A DNA stretch of 64,000 nt from an uncultured Clostridia bacterium (GTDB taxonomy: Bacteria > Bacillota > Clostridia > TANB77 > CAG-508): positions 20,194-84,193 of the forward strand of contig CAJFHE010000002.1 in assembly GCA_904378095.1 (NCBI GenBank), in the 5' to 3' direction. Each line of letters begins with the position of its first letter. Within the stretch, counting starts at the first letter, position 1. The translations under genes and the position numbers were made by a program. Below, piece by piece: positions 31,526 through 43,133 of the stretch. The notes below the pieces were generated by a model. The model made no database searches and was not told where the DNA came from. It worked only from the letters and a program-made list of their open reading frames with translations.

Positions 31526-34222
31526 CTATTTATCTATATTCCTATGTTGTACATATGTAACTATTGCGAGTCCAATTAATATTACTATAGCTATTCCTAC
31601 TGTTATAACTCCTGTTTGTGGAATTGTTCCTCCTGCTACTGTATTGTCCTCGTTGTTTGAATTATTTCCATTAGCATTATTTCCACTATTATGATTATTA
31701 TCTTCTATATTTATTACATCATCAATTGAGCCTGCATTTTCATCATCTGTATAAACATTAACATGTGTATTTTCTGTTTGCTGTACTTCGTCTACTGCAA
31801 TCTGCTCTAATGTTTCATCCCCTGCTGTTGCTTCTTCTTTGATGTACAAGTATAGTTTGTCCGCATCTTTTATCTCATTATAGTTTGGAATATTTCTGCT
31901 ATCCACACTAAAAGTTAATGTTTTATCTCCACCATTACCTACAGTGATTTGTGGGCTCTCAATTTTTGTCCAATTGTCTATGTTACCTTCTGAGTCTGTG
32001 TCTGAGAAATAGTAGTAATATGTATAGTTCGTTTTGTCACTGCCATTTATTATATTAGATACTTCTATTGTCATATCTATATATGAATCTCTTTCCGAGT
32101 TAGGATATACATAGATTGATACTTCCGTGGCTTCTGTATTCATATTTGTAAAGTCTGACAATATTGGTCTAACTATCTCTTCATCGCCTCCATCATCATC
32201 TCCACCTTGCTCAACTTGAGTTACAGTTATTGCTTGAGTTACTATTCTTGTGACTCCATTTTCTGTATAACTTATTGTTACATATTTCTGTCCGTATTGT
32301 AAGCTGGCGCCATCAAGCACTTCATAATTTGTTATTGTTTTACTACTAGAATCGCTATAAGTTGCTGTCACTACCATTCCTGTCTTGTCAAATGCTTCTC
32401 CTTCTTGATACTCTGTTTTATTTGGAGCCGTTGTAACTGCTATGCTTTCTAATGTAACAGGTACTTCTTCTTTTTCATGGCTTGTATATGCTCTTATTGA
32501 TACATTTCCTCTTACGTCTAAATCGCTATAAGTTCCTAAATCCACCCAGTTATCCCTTTCAAAAGAAGCGCTATCTGTAAAAAAGCTTTCATTTGCATTA
32601 ATTTCTACATTTTCGTCAGTTAATCTTGTCTCTGCCATAAATGTAGTTTTTGCCTCACCTGAAGTTAACTCTAAAGCTATTGCAAATGAATCACCTGTTA
32701 ATTGTATTGGTTCTGCAAATTCTAGAATGTGATATCCAGGCTCAACTACAACATTGTCACCATCTTTTAAATTTACTTTTTGTAGTTTGTCTTTTGTTAA
32801 ACTATTATCTCCTGAATTTACATATACATTACATGTAACTTCTTGTAATGTATAAAATCCAACTTTATTTAAGTATTCAGTCTCATTTGAATTCCTATCA
32901 AATTTATTTGCTATATATACTTTTGAGTCTTCAATTTCAATTGGAATATCTGCTAATAATTTATCATGTTCATATAAATTATCGTAATCTTTCTTGTTTG
33001 ACGCCTTTTCTACCGCATATAAATGACTATAAATATTAGCATCTTCATATGATATGTACATGTAGCCTTCATCGCCAACTTCAATTTCTATATTTTCGCC
33101 ATTTATTTTTACTTTATCCTCGCCATATCCATTTGCAATGTATAGTTGTCTTACTGTTTCGTCCGGTATTTCCTCTGGTGAATTCCATTCTATATCAATT
33201 TCTTGCTCTTTAAAAGCGTCAAATAATTCTTGTTTTTCATCTGCCAAGTTATTAACTATTTTATCTCCCCAAGAATTTTTTACTATCCAAGCTCCATTAC
33301 TTGAAGGCCTACTTGTTTCGTTAAAATTATCTACGCTATAATTGTCGTCCCAGCCAATTATTACAACCGCATGGTCCATTTTATATTCTGTTGCACTATC
33401 GCAATATATTGCTCCAGTAGCATTATTATATGCATCTGATATTAGCTGTGCTCCATGAACTCCTGCGAAAATTCCGCCATAATTTGTTATTGTCTCTTTC
33501 ATTTTTGCCATAAGCTCAGCTTTTCCAACATCGTCTATGCTTTCAAATTCAATTGTATCATACAAAGTTGTAACAACATCTTTGTTTTGTATATCAGAAA
33601 GATTTATAAGATTTTCATTATTTTCAAAAGGCATATCAGCTTCTTTAATAGCTCCCATACCATTTATAAAATAATTCTGTACTTCTTTAAAGTTGCCGCC
33701 TGAAATGTCCGTAGTATAGCCATATTCATTTACTGCATTATTACTGAACATAGACCTTTTTGAAGAATAAAACATATGTCTTTCTGAAAAATCATATATA
33801 TTGCCAGTGTTTCCCATTCTGTAATCTCCCATGCCTAGGTTACTTTCTAGCATACCAATACCTGCAAAAGCCCAGCATGAATCTGTTTGCATTTGATTTC
33901 TTATTGCAACATTATTTAGGATTATAGCTCTCAAATCATAATCCGTATCCAAAGAATTTTCAAGCAAGTTTCCAATTCTAAGGACATTACTTAATTGGTT
34001 TAAGTACTCTGAATTTGATTTTGGCGCAATCACATCATATTTTTTTGGCTCTAGTACTTTTGCTTTTTCTTCATCACTTAAATTCATATACTCTTTATAT
34101 TCTTCTGTTGGCTCTACAACACTTAAGCTTTGACTAGCATATACTTTACTTGAAAACATTATTACAAATAAAATAACTGTTAGAAATAATATTTTTCTAA
34201 ATATCTTTACTTTATTATTCAT
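31526..34222 (-). CDS. secreted/cell-wall-anchored papain-family (C1A) cysteine peptidase with lectin-like and Ig-like domains
   Basis: Signal peptide, QMQTDSCWAF (Cys), DHAVVIIGWDD (His), KNSWG (Asn), Ig-like PNKTEY..GEAFDKTGMVV and C-terminal IPQTG+TM. Confidence 0.85.
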   Translation of the reverse strand: MNNKVKIFRKILFLTVILFVIMFSSKVYASQSLSVVEPTEEYKEYMNLSDEEKAKVLEPKKYDVIAPKSNSEYLNQLSNVLRIGNLLENSLDTDYDLRAIILNNVAIRNQMQTDSCWAFAGIGMLESNLGMGDYRMGNTGNIYDFSERHMFYSSKRSMFSNNAVNEYGYTTDISGGNFKEVQNYFINGMGAIKEADMPFENNENLINLSDIQNKDVVTTLYDTIEFESIDDVGKAELMAKMKETITNYGGIFAGVHGAQLISDAYNNATGAIYCDSATEYKMDHAVVIIGWDDNYSVDNFNETSRPSSNGAWIVKNSWGDKIVNNLADEKQELFDAFKEQEIDIEWNSPEEIPDETVRQLYIANGYGEDKVKINGENIEIEVGDEGYMYISYEDANIYSHLYAVEKASNKKDYDNLYEHDKLLADIPIEIEDSKVYIANKFDRNSNETEYLNKVGFYTLQEVTCNVYVNSGDNSLTKDKLQKVNLKDGDNVVVEPGYHILEFAEPIQLTGDSFAIALELTSGEAKTTFMAETRLTDENVEINANESFFTDSASFERDNWVDLGTYSDLDVRGNVSIRAYTSHEKEEVPVTLESIAVTTAPNKTEYQEGEAFDKTGMVVTATYSDSSSKTITNYEVLDGASLQYGQKYVTISYTENGVTRIVTQAITVTQVEQGGDDDGGDEEIVRPILSDFTNMNTEATEVSIYVYPNSERDSYIDMTIEVSNIINGSDKTNYTYYYYFSDTDSEGNIDNWTKIESPQITVGNGGDKTLTFSVDSRNIPNYNEIKDADKLYLYIKEEATAGDETLEQIAVDEVQQTENTHVNVYTDDENAGSIDDVINIEDNNHNSGNNANGNNSNNEDNTVAGGTIPQTGVITVGIAIVILIGLAIVTYVQHRNIDK

Positions 34223-34234
34223 AGTTATAACCTC

Positions 34235-35566
34235 TTATTCTTCATTAGATTTTTTATCTACATATCCTGGCTTGCCTAACAATTTAAACATATTCGTTTT
34301 GTATTTTTCTACACCTGGTTGATTAAACGGGTTTATTCCCAATATTTTTCCAGACATCGCACATGCTAGCTCAAAAAAATATATCAACTGTCCAATATTT
34401 GAAGCATCTAATTTTTCTATATTTATTTTGATATTTGGTACATCTCCTTCTGTATGTGCTTCTATCGTGCCCTCCATTGCTTTTTTATTTACAAAATCTA
34501 AAGTCTTGCCCTCAAGGTAATTCAAATTATCTAAATCATCTTCTTCTAATTTCATTTTTATATCATTACTAGATTTCTCTATATTAATTACCGTTTCAAA
34601 TAAATTTCGTCTGCCCTCTTGTATATATTGGCCTAAAGAATGTAAATCTGTTGTAAACTCTGCTCCTGATGGATATATTCCTTTTTGCTCTTTTCCTTCA
34701 CTTTCTCCAAAGAGCTGCTTCCACCATTCTATAAAGTAATACATTTTAGGCTCATATGTAACTAAAATCTCAATATTTTTTTCTTTAGCATACAACATAT
34801 TCCTTATAACAGCATATTTATAACACTCATTATATTTTAAGTTACTATCAGAATATTTATCTTGAGCAATCCTTGCTCCTTCCATTAATTTATCTATATT
34901 AATACCTGCTACTGCAATTGGAAGTAAGCCTACAGCTGTAAGCACTGAATATCTGCCCCCTATATTATCTGGTATGACAAAAGTTGTATATTTTTCTTTG
35001 TCTGCAAGTTTTTTTAATGCTCCTTTATTGGCATCTGTTGTAACATAAATCCTGCTTCTTGCTTCCTTTAGGCTATATTTATTTTCCATTATTTCTCTAA
35101 AAATTCTAAATGCAATTGCTGGCTCGGTTGTTGTTCCAGATTTGGATATAACATTAATTGAAACATCCTTGTCAGCTATATAATCCATTAAATCATTTAT
35201 ATAATTAGTACTCAAATTATTTCCAACATATAGTATTTGAGGCGTTTTTCTTGCAGATTTATCTTGCATATTGTAAAAAGTATTCGTAAGCGACTCTATT
35301 ACAGCTCTTGAGCCCAAATACGAGCCTCCAATTCCTATAACTAGCAAAACATCTGAATTTGCTTGAATTTTTTTCGCAGCATTTTTTATTCTTTCAAACT
35401 CTACTTTATTATAATCTGTTGGCAAATTAAGCCATCCACAAGGCTCATTTTCATCAGCTGCTTTACTATGTAATTCATTATGTATGTCAGAAACTAGCTT
35501 TGCATAATTCATTACATTTTTCTCAAAAACTCGTGCATTTTTAAAATCAACTTTAATATTAAACAT
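34235..35566 (-). CDS. pgi: glucose-6-phosphate isomerase
   Basis: [31 protein letters not shown] and FNQPGVE. Confidence 0.97.
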   Translation of the reverse strand: MFNIKVDFKNARVFEKNVMNYAKLVSDIHNELHSKAADENEPCGWLNLPTDYNKVEFERIKNAAKKIQANSDVLLVIGIGGSYLGSRAVIESLTNTFYNMQDKSARKTPQILYVGNNLSTNYINDLMDYIADKDVSINVISKSGTTTEPAIAFRIFREIMENKYSLKEARSRIYVTTDANKGALKKLADKEKYTTFVIPDNIGGRYSVLTAVGLLPIAVAGINIDKLMEGARIAQDKYSDSNLKYNECYKYAVIRNMLYAKEKNIEILVTYEPKMYYFIEWWKQLFGESEGKEQKGIYPSGAEFTTDLHSLGQYIQEGRRNLFETVINIEKSSNDIKMKLEEDDLDNLNYLEGKTLDFVNKKAMEGTIEAHTEGDVPNIKINIEKLDASNIGQLIYFFELACAMSGKILGINPFNQPGVEKYKTNMFKLLGKPGYVDKKSNEE

Positions 35567-35725
35567 GATTTTCACCCCTTATCTTTAGTATATTATTCAT
35601 CTAATTATATGATATTATATTAATGAATTTTTAGCAAGAGATTTTTGAAATATTTTATTGATAATTTTTAAAAAGCGAAAAGACATGTCTTTTCGCTTAT
35701 CTTATATATAAAATTAATAAAAAAT

Positions 35726-37585
35726 TTACTCAATCTCAATTGCTCCTGTATATAATCCATAATACATACCTTTTTTAGCAATTAACTCTTGATGATTTCC
35801 CCTTTCTATAATCCTACCATGGTCTAATACCATAATTAAATCAGAGTTTCTAATTGTAGATAATCTATGTGCAATAACAAATACTGTCCTTCCTTTCATA
35901 AGTTTATCCATACCATCTTGCACGATTTTCTCTGTACGAGTGTCTATGCTTGATGTTGCTTCGTCTAATATTAATACTGGTGCATTATCTAACGCTGCTC
36001 TTGCAATAGATAAAAGCTGTCTTTGTCCTTGAGATAATCCTTCTCCATTGCCTGTAATTACAGTGTCATATCCCTGTGGTAGATGCTGTATGAATTGGTC
36101 CGCATTTGCAAGTTTTGCTGCTGCGATTACTTCTTCGTCTGTAGCTTCTTGTCTTGCATAACGTATATTATCTCTTATTGTTCCAGTAAATAAGCTTGTG
36201 TCTTGGAGTACCATTCCCAATGACCTTCTTAAATCACTTTTCTTAATTTTCTGTATATTAATTCCGTCGTAACGTATTTTCCCATCTTGTATATCGTAAA
36301 AGCGATTAATTAGATTTGTAATTGTAGTCTTACCAGCACCTGTTGCACCAACAAACGAAACTTTTTGTCCTTCTTTTGCTTCAAGTGAAATATCATGTAA
36401 TACTACTTTTTTGTCTGTATATCCAAAAACTACATCTGTAAATGTAACACGGCCTCTAAGTCTTGCATATGTAATCCTTTCGTCGTGATGAGGATGCTTC
36501 CATGCCCACATTCCTGTTCTTTCTTCTGTCTCTACTATTTTTCCATTTTCCATTTTAGCATTTACAAGTGTAACATATCCGTCATCTTCTTCTGATTTTT
36601 CATCAATCAATTTGAATATTCTCTCTGCTCCAGCTAATGCCATCGCAATAAAGTTCATTTGTTGTGAAACTTGGCTTAGAGGATTAGTAAATGCTCTTAT
36701 ATATTGTAAAAATGCTGCGATATTACCAATAGTTAAAATTCCATTTACAGATAAAATACCTCCAATTACAGCTACTAAAACATATCCAAGATTACCAATA
36801 TTAGCAATACATGGCATTAAAACATTTGCATAAATATTCGCGCTAGTTGCACTGTCACATAAATTTTCATTTAGCTCATCAAATTTTTTCATATTTTCTT
36901 CTTCATGGCAAAAAACTTTTACAACTTTTTGTCCTTCCATCATTTCTTCTATGTATCCGTTTACTTTTCCTAAATCTTCTTGTTGTTTTATAAAGAATCT
37001 AGAGCTATTTCCTCCCAAATATTTTGCTACGAATATCATAAGAATAACCATGGCAATTACAACTAATGTCAAGTAAATATTTGTAGTAAACATTGATATT
37101 AAAACCGTTATCATTGTAATAATTGCTGAAAAAACTTGTGGGATGCTTTGACTTAAACACTGTCTTAAAGCATCGACATCATTTGTATAAGTACTCATTG
37201 TTTCACCATGTGAATGGCTATCAAAATAACCTATTGGCAAAGTTTGCATATGCTCAAACATCTCTGTACGGATTTTATTTAATATTCCTTGCGATATATT
37301 AATCATGAGTCTGTTATATATATATGTCGCCAACACTCCTGTAAAATATACTCCTGCCATACCTAAAATTGCCTGTGATAAAGAGCTGAAGTCTGGGTTT
37401 TCTTGTCCTATTAATGGCACAATGTAATTATCTATCAATCTTTGTATAAATTGTATTCCCAAAACATTTGCAAGTGCACTAATAATAATCGCCACAAGCA
37501 CTATAAAGAATTGCAATTTATATGTAGTAAATACATATTTTAAAAGTCTAAGTACTGTCTTAGATTTTTTAGTTTTCTTCCCCAT
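35726..37585 (-). CDS. heterodimeric multidrug-type ABC exporter, subunit 2
   Basis: TMD plus NBD: GATGAGKT, LSQGQRQ and DEATS. Confidence 0.93.
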   Translation of the reverse strand: MGKKTKKSKTVLRLLKYVFTTYKLQFFIVLVAIIISALANVLGIQFIQRLIDNYIVPLIGQENPDFSSLSQAILGMAGVYFTGVLATYIYNRLMINISQGILNKIRTEMFEHMQTLPIGYFDSHSHGETMSTYTNDVDALRQCLSQSIPQVFSAIITMITVLISMFTTNIYLTLVVIAMVILMIFVAKYLGGNSSRFFIKQQEDLGKVNGYIEEMMEGQKVVKVFCHEEENMKKFDELNENLCDSATSANIYANVLMPCIANIGNLGYVLVAVIGGILSVNGILTIGNIAAFLQYIRAFTNPLSQVSQQMNFIAMALAGAERIFKLIDEKSEEDDGYVTLVNAKMENGKIVETEERTGMWAWKHPHHDERITYARLRGRVTFTDVVFGYTDKKVVLHDISLEAKEGQKVSFVGATGAGKTTITNLINRFYDIQDGKIRYDGINIQKIKKSDLRRSLGMVLQDTSLFTGTIRDNIRYARQEATDEEVIAAAKLANADQFIQHLPQGYDTVITGNGEGLSQGQRQLLSIARAALDNAPVLILDEATSSIDTRTEKIVQDGMDKLMKGRTVFVIAHRLSTIRNSDLIMVLDHGRIIERGNHQELIAKKGMYYGLYTGAIEIE

Positions 37586-39317
37586 TATCTTCATCTCCTT
37601 TCATTTGAGACTCATATACTTCTCTATAAATTTGATTTGTTTTTAATAATTCCTCTGAAGTACCAATTCCGTCAATTCTACCATTATTAAGCACAATTAT
37701 TTTGTCTGCATCTTCTATAGATGTAATACGCTGTGCAATAATAATTTTTGTGGTGTTTGGTATTTCTTCTCTAAATGCTTTCCTAATTAAAGCATCTGTT
37801 TTTGTGTCTACTGCACTTGTTGAATCGTCTAATATTAGTATTTTTGGCTTTTTCAAAAGTGCTCTTGCAATACAAATTCTTTGTTTTTGTCCACCAGATA
37901 CATTAGTACCACCTTGGTCTAGTACTGTTTCATATTTTGCAGGAAATTGTTGTATGAACTCATCTGCTTGTGCTAGTTTGCAGACTCTTTCTAGCTCTTC
38001 GTCACTTGCCTCTTTATTTCCCCATCTCAAGTTTTCACTAATTGTGCCTGAGAATAATACATTTTTCTGTAGAACCATAGAAACGCTATCTCTTAAAGTT
38101 TCTATATCATAATTTTTTACATCTACTCCTCCAACTTTTACCTTACCCTTTGTTGCTTCATATAGTCTTGGTATTAACTGCACTAGAGTAGATTTTGAGC
38201 TACCTGTTCCTCCAATGATTCCAACTGTTTCTCCTGCTTTGATTTCTAGATTAATATTGCGTAAAGCAAATTTGTTTTTATCTTTTTCATCACTATAACA
38301 AAAACTTACATTATCAAATACAATAGAGCCATCTTCTACTGTTTTTATATTTTTCTCTTTATTCTTTATTGCAGGCTCTTCATCAAGTACTTCGATAATT
38401 CTTTCTGCAGATGATTGAGATATAATTATCATAACAAATACCATAGAAAGCATCATTAAACTCATTAATATTTGCCATGCATATGTAATAATACTTGAAA
38501 GTTGACCTGTTTGCATTGAGCCACCAACAATAAGTTGTGAGCCAAACCATGATATTAGTAAAATACAAGTATAAATTGTAAGTTGCATTACTGGACTGTT
38601 AAATGCTACTATTTTTTCCGCTTTTTTGAAGAAATAGTACACCTCATCATTTATGTTTTTGAATTTCTGTTTTTCAAAATCTTCTTTTGCATATGCTTTT
38701 ACAACTCTTATTCCATTTAAGTCCTCTTGCACAACTCTATTTAATGTGTCATATTTTTTAAACACCGTTTCAAAATTTGGGTGGGCTTTTTTAGCAATAA
38801 AAATTAAAAGAAATCCTAAAACAGGTATTGCAACAAAAAAGATGCATGCAAGTTTTGGACTGATTGTAAAACACATAAATAATGCAAAAATCATCATGAT
38901 AGGTCCTCTGACTAGAGTTCTTATAATCATTTGGAAAGCATTTTGAACATTAGTAACATCTGTTGTAAGTCTTGTAATTAAGCTTGAAGTAGAGAATTTG
39001 TCTATATTTTCAAAAGCATATGTTTGAATTTTGTCAAACATCGCCTTTCTTAAATTTTTGGCATATCCTGAAGATGCTTTTGCTGCATACTTTCCTGATA
39101 GCATACCAAATATTAATGATAATATTGCAGATACAATTAAAAATACACCTATTTCTAGGATATACTTAACATCACTATTTTGAATTCCTACATCGATAAT
39201 TCTTGCCATCAAATAAGGAATTACAATTTCCATAACCACTTCAAAGATAACAAAAATAGGCGTCAAAATTGCATCTTTTTTGTATTCTTTAATATAGCTT
39301 GCTAGTTTTTTTATCAT
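37569..39317 (-). CDS. heterodimeric multidrug-type ABC exporter, subunit 1
   Basis: TMD plus NBD: degenerate Walker A GGTGSSKS, VSGGQKQ and DDSTS. Confidence 0.93.
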   Translation of the reverse strand: MIKKLASYIKEYKKDAILTPIFVIFEVVMEIVIPYLMARIIDVGIQNSDVKYILEIGVFLIVSAILSLIFGMLSGKYAAKASSGYAKNLRKAMFDKIQTYAFENIDKFSTSSLITRLTTDVTNVQNAFQMIIRTLVRGPIMMIFALFMCFTISPKLACIFFVAIPVLGFLLIFIAKKAHPNFETVFKKYDTLNRVVQEDLNGIRVVKAYAKEDFEKQKFKNINDEVYYFFKKAEKIVAFNSPVMQLTIYTCILLISWFGSQLIVGGSMQTGQLSSIITYAWQILMSLMMLSMVFVMIIISQSSAERIIEVLDEEPAIKNKEKNIKTVEDGSIVFDNVSFCYSDEKDKNKFALRNINLEIKAGETVGIIGGTGSSKSTLVQLIPRLYEATKGKVKVGGVDVKNYDIETLRDSVSMVLQKNVLFSGTISENLRWGNKEASDEELERVCKLAQADEFIQQFPAKYETVLDQGGTNVSGGQKQRICIARALLKKPKILILDDSTSAVDTKTDALIRKAFREEIPNTTKIIIAQRITSIEDADKIIVLNNGRIDGIGTSEELLKTNQIYREVYESQMKGDEDNGEEN

Positions 39318-39414
39318 TTATCTTCCTCCCTTTCTTTTCATTGATTGTATGCAATTAAGTATGCGCAATTTTGGACGCTGAAGTGCATCCATTTTGCGCA
39401 TCTTTTGCATACTT

Positions 39415-39858
39415 TTAATTCTCTAAATTTTTTGACATTTTCTCTAGTATATTCATAAAATTTTGTAATTCTTCCTCTGTTAAATCTTTTTTCAAATCTT
39501 TTTCAACTTTTTTTACTTCTGTTTCTACACTATTTATTATTTCTGTTGATTTTTTAGTTAAAGTAATTTCCTTTAATCTAGCATCTTCACTCATCGACTT
39601 TCTCTCGATTAATCCATTTTTCTCCATCAAACTTAAAATTTCAGCAACCGTTGCTCTTCTCATGTTAAATCTGCTTTCTATATCTTTGGCATAAACATTG
39701 CCTTCTTTGCGGTTTCTATTGATGAACTCTATAAAGCTACATTGTACTGCTGTAACATTATATTTTGAAACAGCTTCGTCCACTTTTCTTTTTATTTGCC
39801 TTGATAAAATATGTATGCTTCTACCTATATCATTATTTTCTATTTTTACCACCTCCAA
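39415..39858 (-). CDS. MarR-family transcriptional regulator
   Basis: RATVAEILSLMEKNGLIER..DARLKEITLT winged helix. Start uncertain (see findings). Confidence 0.9.
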   Translation of the reverse strand: MEVVKIENNDIGRSIHILSRQIKRKVDEAVSKYNVTAVQCSFIEFINRNRKEGNVYAKDIESRFNMRRATVAEILSLMEKNGLIERKSMSEDARLKEITLTKKSTEIINSVETEVKKVEKDLKKDLTEEELQNFMNILEKMSKNLEN

Positions 39859-39860
39859 GC

Positions 39861-39880
39861 ATTGTTAGTGCTCTAACAAT
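39861..39880. promoter_or_regulatory. probable MarR operator
   Basis: Palindrome ATTGTTAG-TGCT-CTAACAAT between a TTGACA...TACAAT-type promoter (minus strand) and marR. Confidence 0.6.
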
Positions 39881-40022
39881 ATATTATTGTATAATTGTTT
39901 TTGGAGTTTGTCAAGTTGTTGAAAGATTTTTTTGAGCAAATCTTGCCATTTTTAATATTTCTGTAACATTTTTGTAATATTTTTATAAAACATGGGGACA
40001 GTCTTATAACTGTCTCCATGTT

Positions 40023-41168
40023 TTACTTCAATACCTCACTTAATACCTTAGAAAGATATTTCATACTATTTAAGCATTGCTCCATTGTATTTCCAGTTGC
40101 TCCCACTTCAATAATGCTTGCACCTTTTGCAAGCTGTTGATTATATCTGCTATCTCGTAAAACAATTGGCTTAAATAACCCTGGATATAGCTCATTTGCT
40201 TTTTCTTGTATTTTTATTGCTAATTTTAAATTTTCATTCCAATTATCATGCTCACTTCCGCCTCCATTGCTTCCTATAACAAACATTAATTGTGCCGCTT
40301 CGTCATCGCCAATTTTTACTGTAGGTGCATATGAGCTATCACCAATTGCATCTCTATGCATATCAAACAATATATCAGTGTCTTTGTTCTCTTCTAAAAG
40401 TTTGGCCACTCCTTTTAAAGACCTATCATATGATTGACTATATGATGAATCATAAATTGTTGTATCATGAATTACGTTGTATCCATAATGTTTCAAATAT
40501 TTTTCAAGTTCTGCTCCCACTCGTACCATGTTGCAATTTAAATCTTTTGTTCTAAAATTTCCTGAAGCTTTATATTTATAATTGTCTGTTTGGGTATAGC
40601 TTTCGCAGGTATGGGTGTGATAAATTAATATATTTTTTGTGTTTACATCTACTTCTGGTACAAGCATTTCTTTGGTTAATTTTATGTTATCTGTTTCGTT
40701 TCGTATTTTTACCCCATTGTATTCACTTGTGTACTTCTCTGGTACACTGTTTTCTAGCACTTCTGTTTTTAATCCAGTTTCTGCTTCCTGTATTTCATCA
40801 TCTATATTATTGTTTCCTATAGCATTTTCCGCACTTGTTTCATTTTCCACTACATTTTCTGCCGCATTTTCTACGTTCTCCGTATTTGCTCCGTTTTTTT
40901 CTATGCTGTCCATCATGCCCAATTCCACACCTAGTGCCATTTTTAGTGGCTCTATATTGTTTTTTGCATTTTGCTCCTTTTTATTGACACTTCTTATACT
41001 TGGAATAACAGTATCCAAACATGACAAAAACGAATTTTTATCTATATTGAGCTTTGTTTTGAAACCCGAGAAATATTTAGTAAGACCTACAATAATAGCT
41101 ATTAATAAAGTTATTTTTATCAAATATTTAATTATATCTTTAAGCTCAATTACAGCTAAATTTATCAT
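40023..41168 (-). CDS. spoIIP: stage II sporulation protein P
   Basis: IYHTHTCESY, DMHRD, RYNQ and IEVG..GN. Upstream TTATATT-N14-CATATATT is sigmaE-like. Confidence 0.9.
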   Translation of the reverse strand: MINLAVIELKDIIKYLIKITLLIAIIVGLTKYFSGFKTKLNIDKNSFLSCLDTVIPSIRSVNKKEQNAKNNIEPLKMALGVELGMMDSIEKNGANTENVENAAENVVENETSAENAIGNNNIDDEIQEAETGLKTEVLENSVPEKYTSEYNGVKIRNETDNIKLTKEMLVPEVDVNTKNILIYHTHTCESYTQTDNYKYKASGNFRTKDLNCNMVRVGAELEKYLKHYGYNVIHDTTIYDSSYSQSYDRSLKGVAKLLEENKDTDILFDMHRDAIGDSSYAPTVKIGDDEAAQLMFVIGSNGGGSEHDNWNENLKLAIKIQEKANELYPGLFKPIVLRDSRYNQQLAKGASIIEVGATGNTMEQCLNSMKYLSKVLSEVLK

Positions 41169-41245
41169 TGATTATATTTCCTTTCAAAACAAGAGTACAA
41201 GTCATTATATATAAATATATGCTTGTACTCTTAAAAATATAACCA

Positions 41246-43054
41246 TCAATAAGAACTATATTCAGTAGAGATATCTATTTGTGAATTAGTAATTATTTTA
41301 TCATATTCATTTGATATTTCTTTAAAATCTTTATCTAACAATACCATTTTATTGTTATTATTTTTTATCAAATATACAGTATTGTATATATCCGAATCAT
41401 ATATATCTAACGCTGGTGTTTGTAATAATATATTTCCTGTTGTATCTATGATTATGTTATTCCAATTATATTCGGACTCTGTACTTCCGTCATAATTTTC
41501 ATTATAATAAATCATTTGTACATATATTTCACCATCGTCTACATCATATATATCTATGATTGAATAATCCCCAGATATAGTAGTTTGGTTTCCGTTATTA
41601 TCATACCAACCAGTTACTGAATAATCTTTAGTTTCAAATTCAATAAAACCATTGTTAAATGTTTCTAATGTTAAATCATCTTCATCAAGCCCTGGCAAAC
41701 ATACTATACTAGATTGCTCTTCTCCATTACTTTTTAAAATGGTTACTTTGCACTCTTCCTCAACTGTAGACATATAATATGTATCTTCGTCTTCGTCATA
41801 ATAATCATCGCTGTATTCTTCATTTTCCTCTAATATAGGCTCAATTATCATAGAAAAATTTTGACTTGCATACATGTACCCTGTATTAATTCTTCTCAAT
41901 GTCACTTCATCAGCACTACTATAATATCTGCTTTCAAGTTGTTGACTGCTTAATTGCTTTTCTCCTTTAGTAGTAGCTGCAGTCAATAATGCATTATATG
42001 ATTCTATATATTGTAATCTATGAATTCCATCATTAATGTTTGTTAAATAGATGTCTAAAGTAGAGTTCACTGCCTGTACATATTTTTCTAAAACTCCACT
42101 TAATTCTATACTAGCATTAGTTTTTGAAATTATATAGAATTTATTATCTTTTTGAGCTAAAGCTATATAATATGTATTATTATTAATTTCCATTTCAGTA
42201 AAAAATGATACTCTATCATACTCACATGGTATTCTCTCTTGCCCATCTTCTGTTATAAATCCGTATTTATAATTTTTTTCAACCGGAATATATAATTCAC
42301 TTTCTTTATTTCCTTGTAGTGTAACAATACTATTATTTAACTCAGCTATTGCGTTTTCTAATTGAACTTCATTTATTTTTGTTATAATTAATGATGCTAA
42401 AATCATTAGTAAAAATCCAATAGCTAATATGCTCTGTAACACATAGTATAGTATAACATTTACAATTTTTCTTGCACTACTTTCTTCTATATTTTTATCT
42501 TGGAAATGTATATAAATGAATTGCATTATTACAGCTATTATATTCCAATAATTTTCTTCCAATATGCCTAGTAAGCCCAATATTGCAATTATTATAACTG
42601 CCACATAAGATATCACTTGTATTACTTTTGGTCTGTTTTTTCTTATTCTAAAAAAGTTAATTATAGCTAATATTATTGGTATGACATTTACAGCTATCCA
42701 TACTATATGTGAAACATCATCATTATTTAAGAAATCACTATTAAAAAATGCAAACCAGATTTCATACAATCCAAATACAAGTTGCCAGAAAAATATTTTT
42801 TTGTTTTCTTTATTTTGAATTGCACAAATAATGTTTAATATACCTATACCGCCATATACTAAAAATAATATTGTTCCAAGATTATTTATTAAAGTTTCAA
42901 TTAGGAAGCTATCATATAGAGATTTTATATCTGTATTTATATGCATCAGACCAGATGTCAAAAGCTCCCCCGAAAAATAAAAAATATATAATGAAGCTAT
43001 AGCTATAGCATTTAGTATCGCAACAAAGCGATTAGTTCCCCTTTTATTCATCAA
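41246..43054 (-). CDS. multi-TM membrane protein with acidic extracellular domain containing a WG-repeat-like motif
   Basis: About 7 N-terminal TMs, then KYGFITEDGQERIPCEYD. Confidence 0.6.
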   Translation of the reverse strand: MMNKRGTNRFVAILNAIAIASLYIFYFSGELLTSGLMHINTDIKSLYDSFLIETLINNLGTILFLVYGGIGILNIICAIQNKENKKIFFWQLVFGLYEIWFAFFNSDFLNNDDVSHIVWIAVNVIPIILAIINFFRIRKNRPKVIQVISYVAVIIIAILGLLGILEENYWNIIAVIMQFIYIHFQDKNIEESSARKIVNVILYYVLQSILAIGFLLMILASLIITKINEVQLENAIAELNNSIVTLQGNKESELYIPVEKNYKYGFITEDGQERIPCEYDRVSFFTEMEINNNTYYIALAQKDNKFYIISKTNASIELSGVLEKYVQAVNSTLDIYLTNINDGIHRLQYIESYNALLTAATTKGEKQLSSQQLESRYYSSADEVTLRRINTGYMYASQNFSMIIEPILEENEEYSDDYYDEDEDTYYMSTVEEECKVTILKSNGEEQSSIVCLPGLDEDDLTLETFNNGFIEFETKDYSVTGWYDNNGNQTTISGDYSIIDIYDVDDGEIYVQMIYYNENYDGSTESEYNWNNIIIDTTGNILLQTPALDIYDSDIYNTVYLIKNNNNKMVLLDKDFKEISNEYDKIITNSQIDISTEYSSY

Positions 43055-43133
43055 TTACTCCTTTCTTTTGTTCTTCTCCTATATTTTCATAATAAAATTA
43101 TAACATTCTTTTTAAAATATGCAATTATAAATT

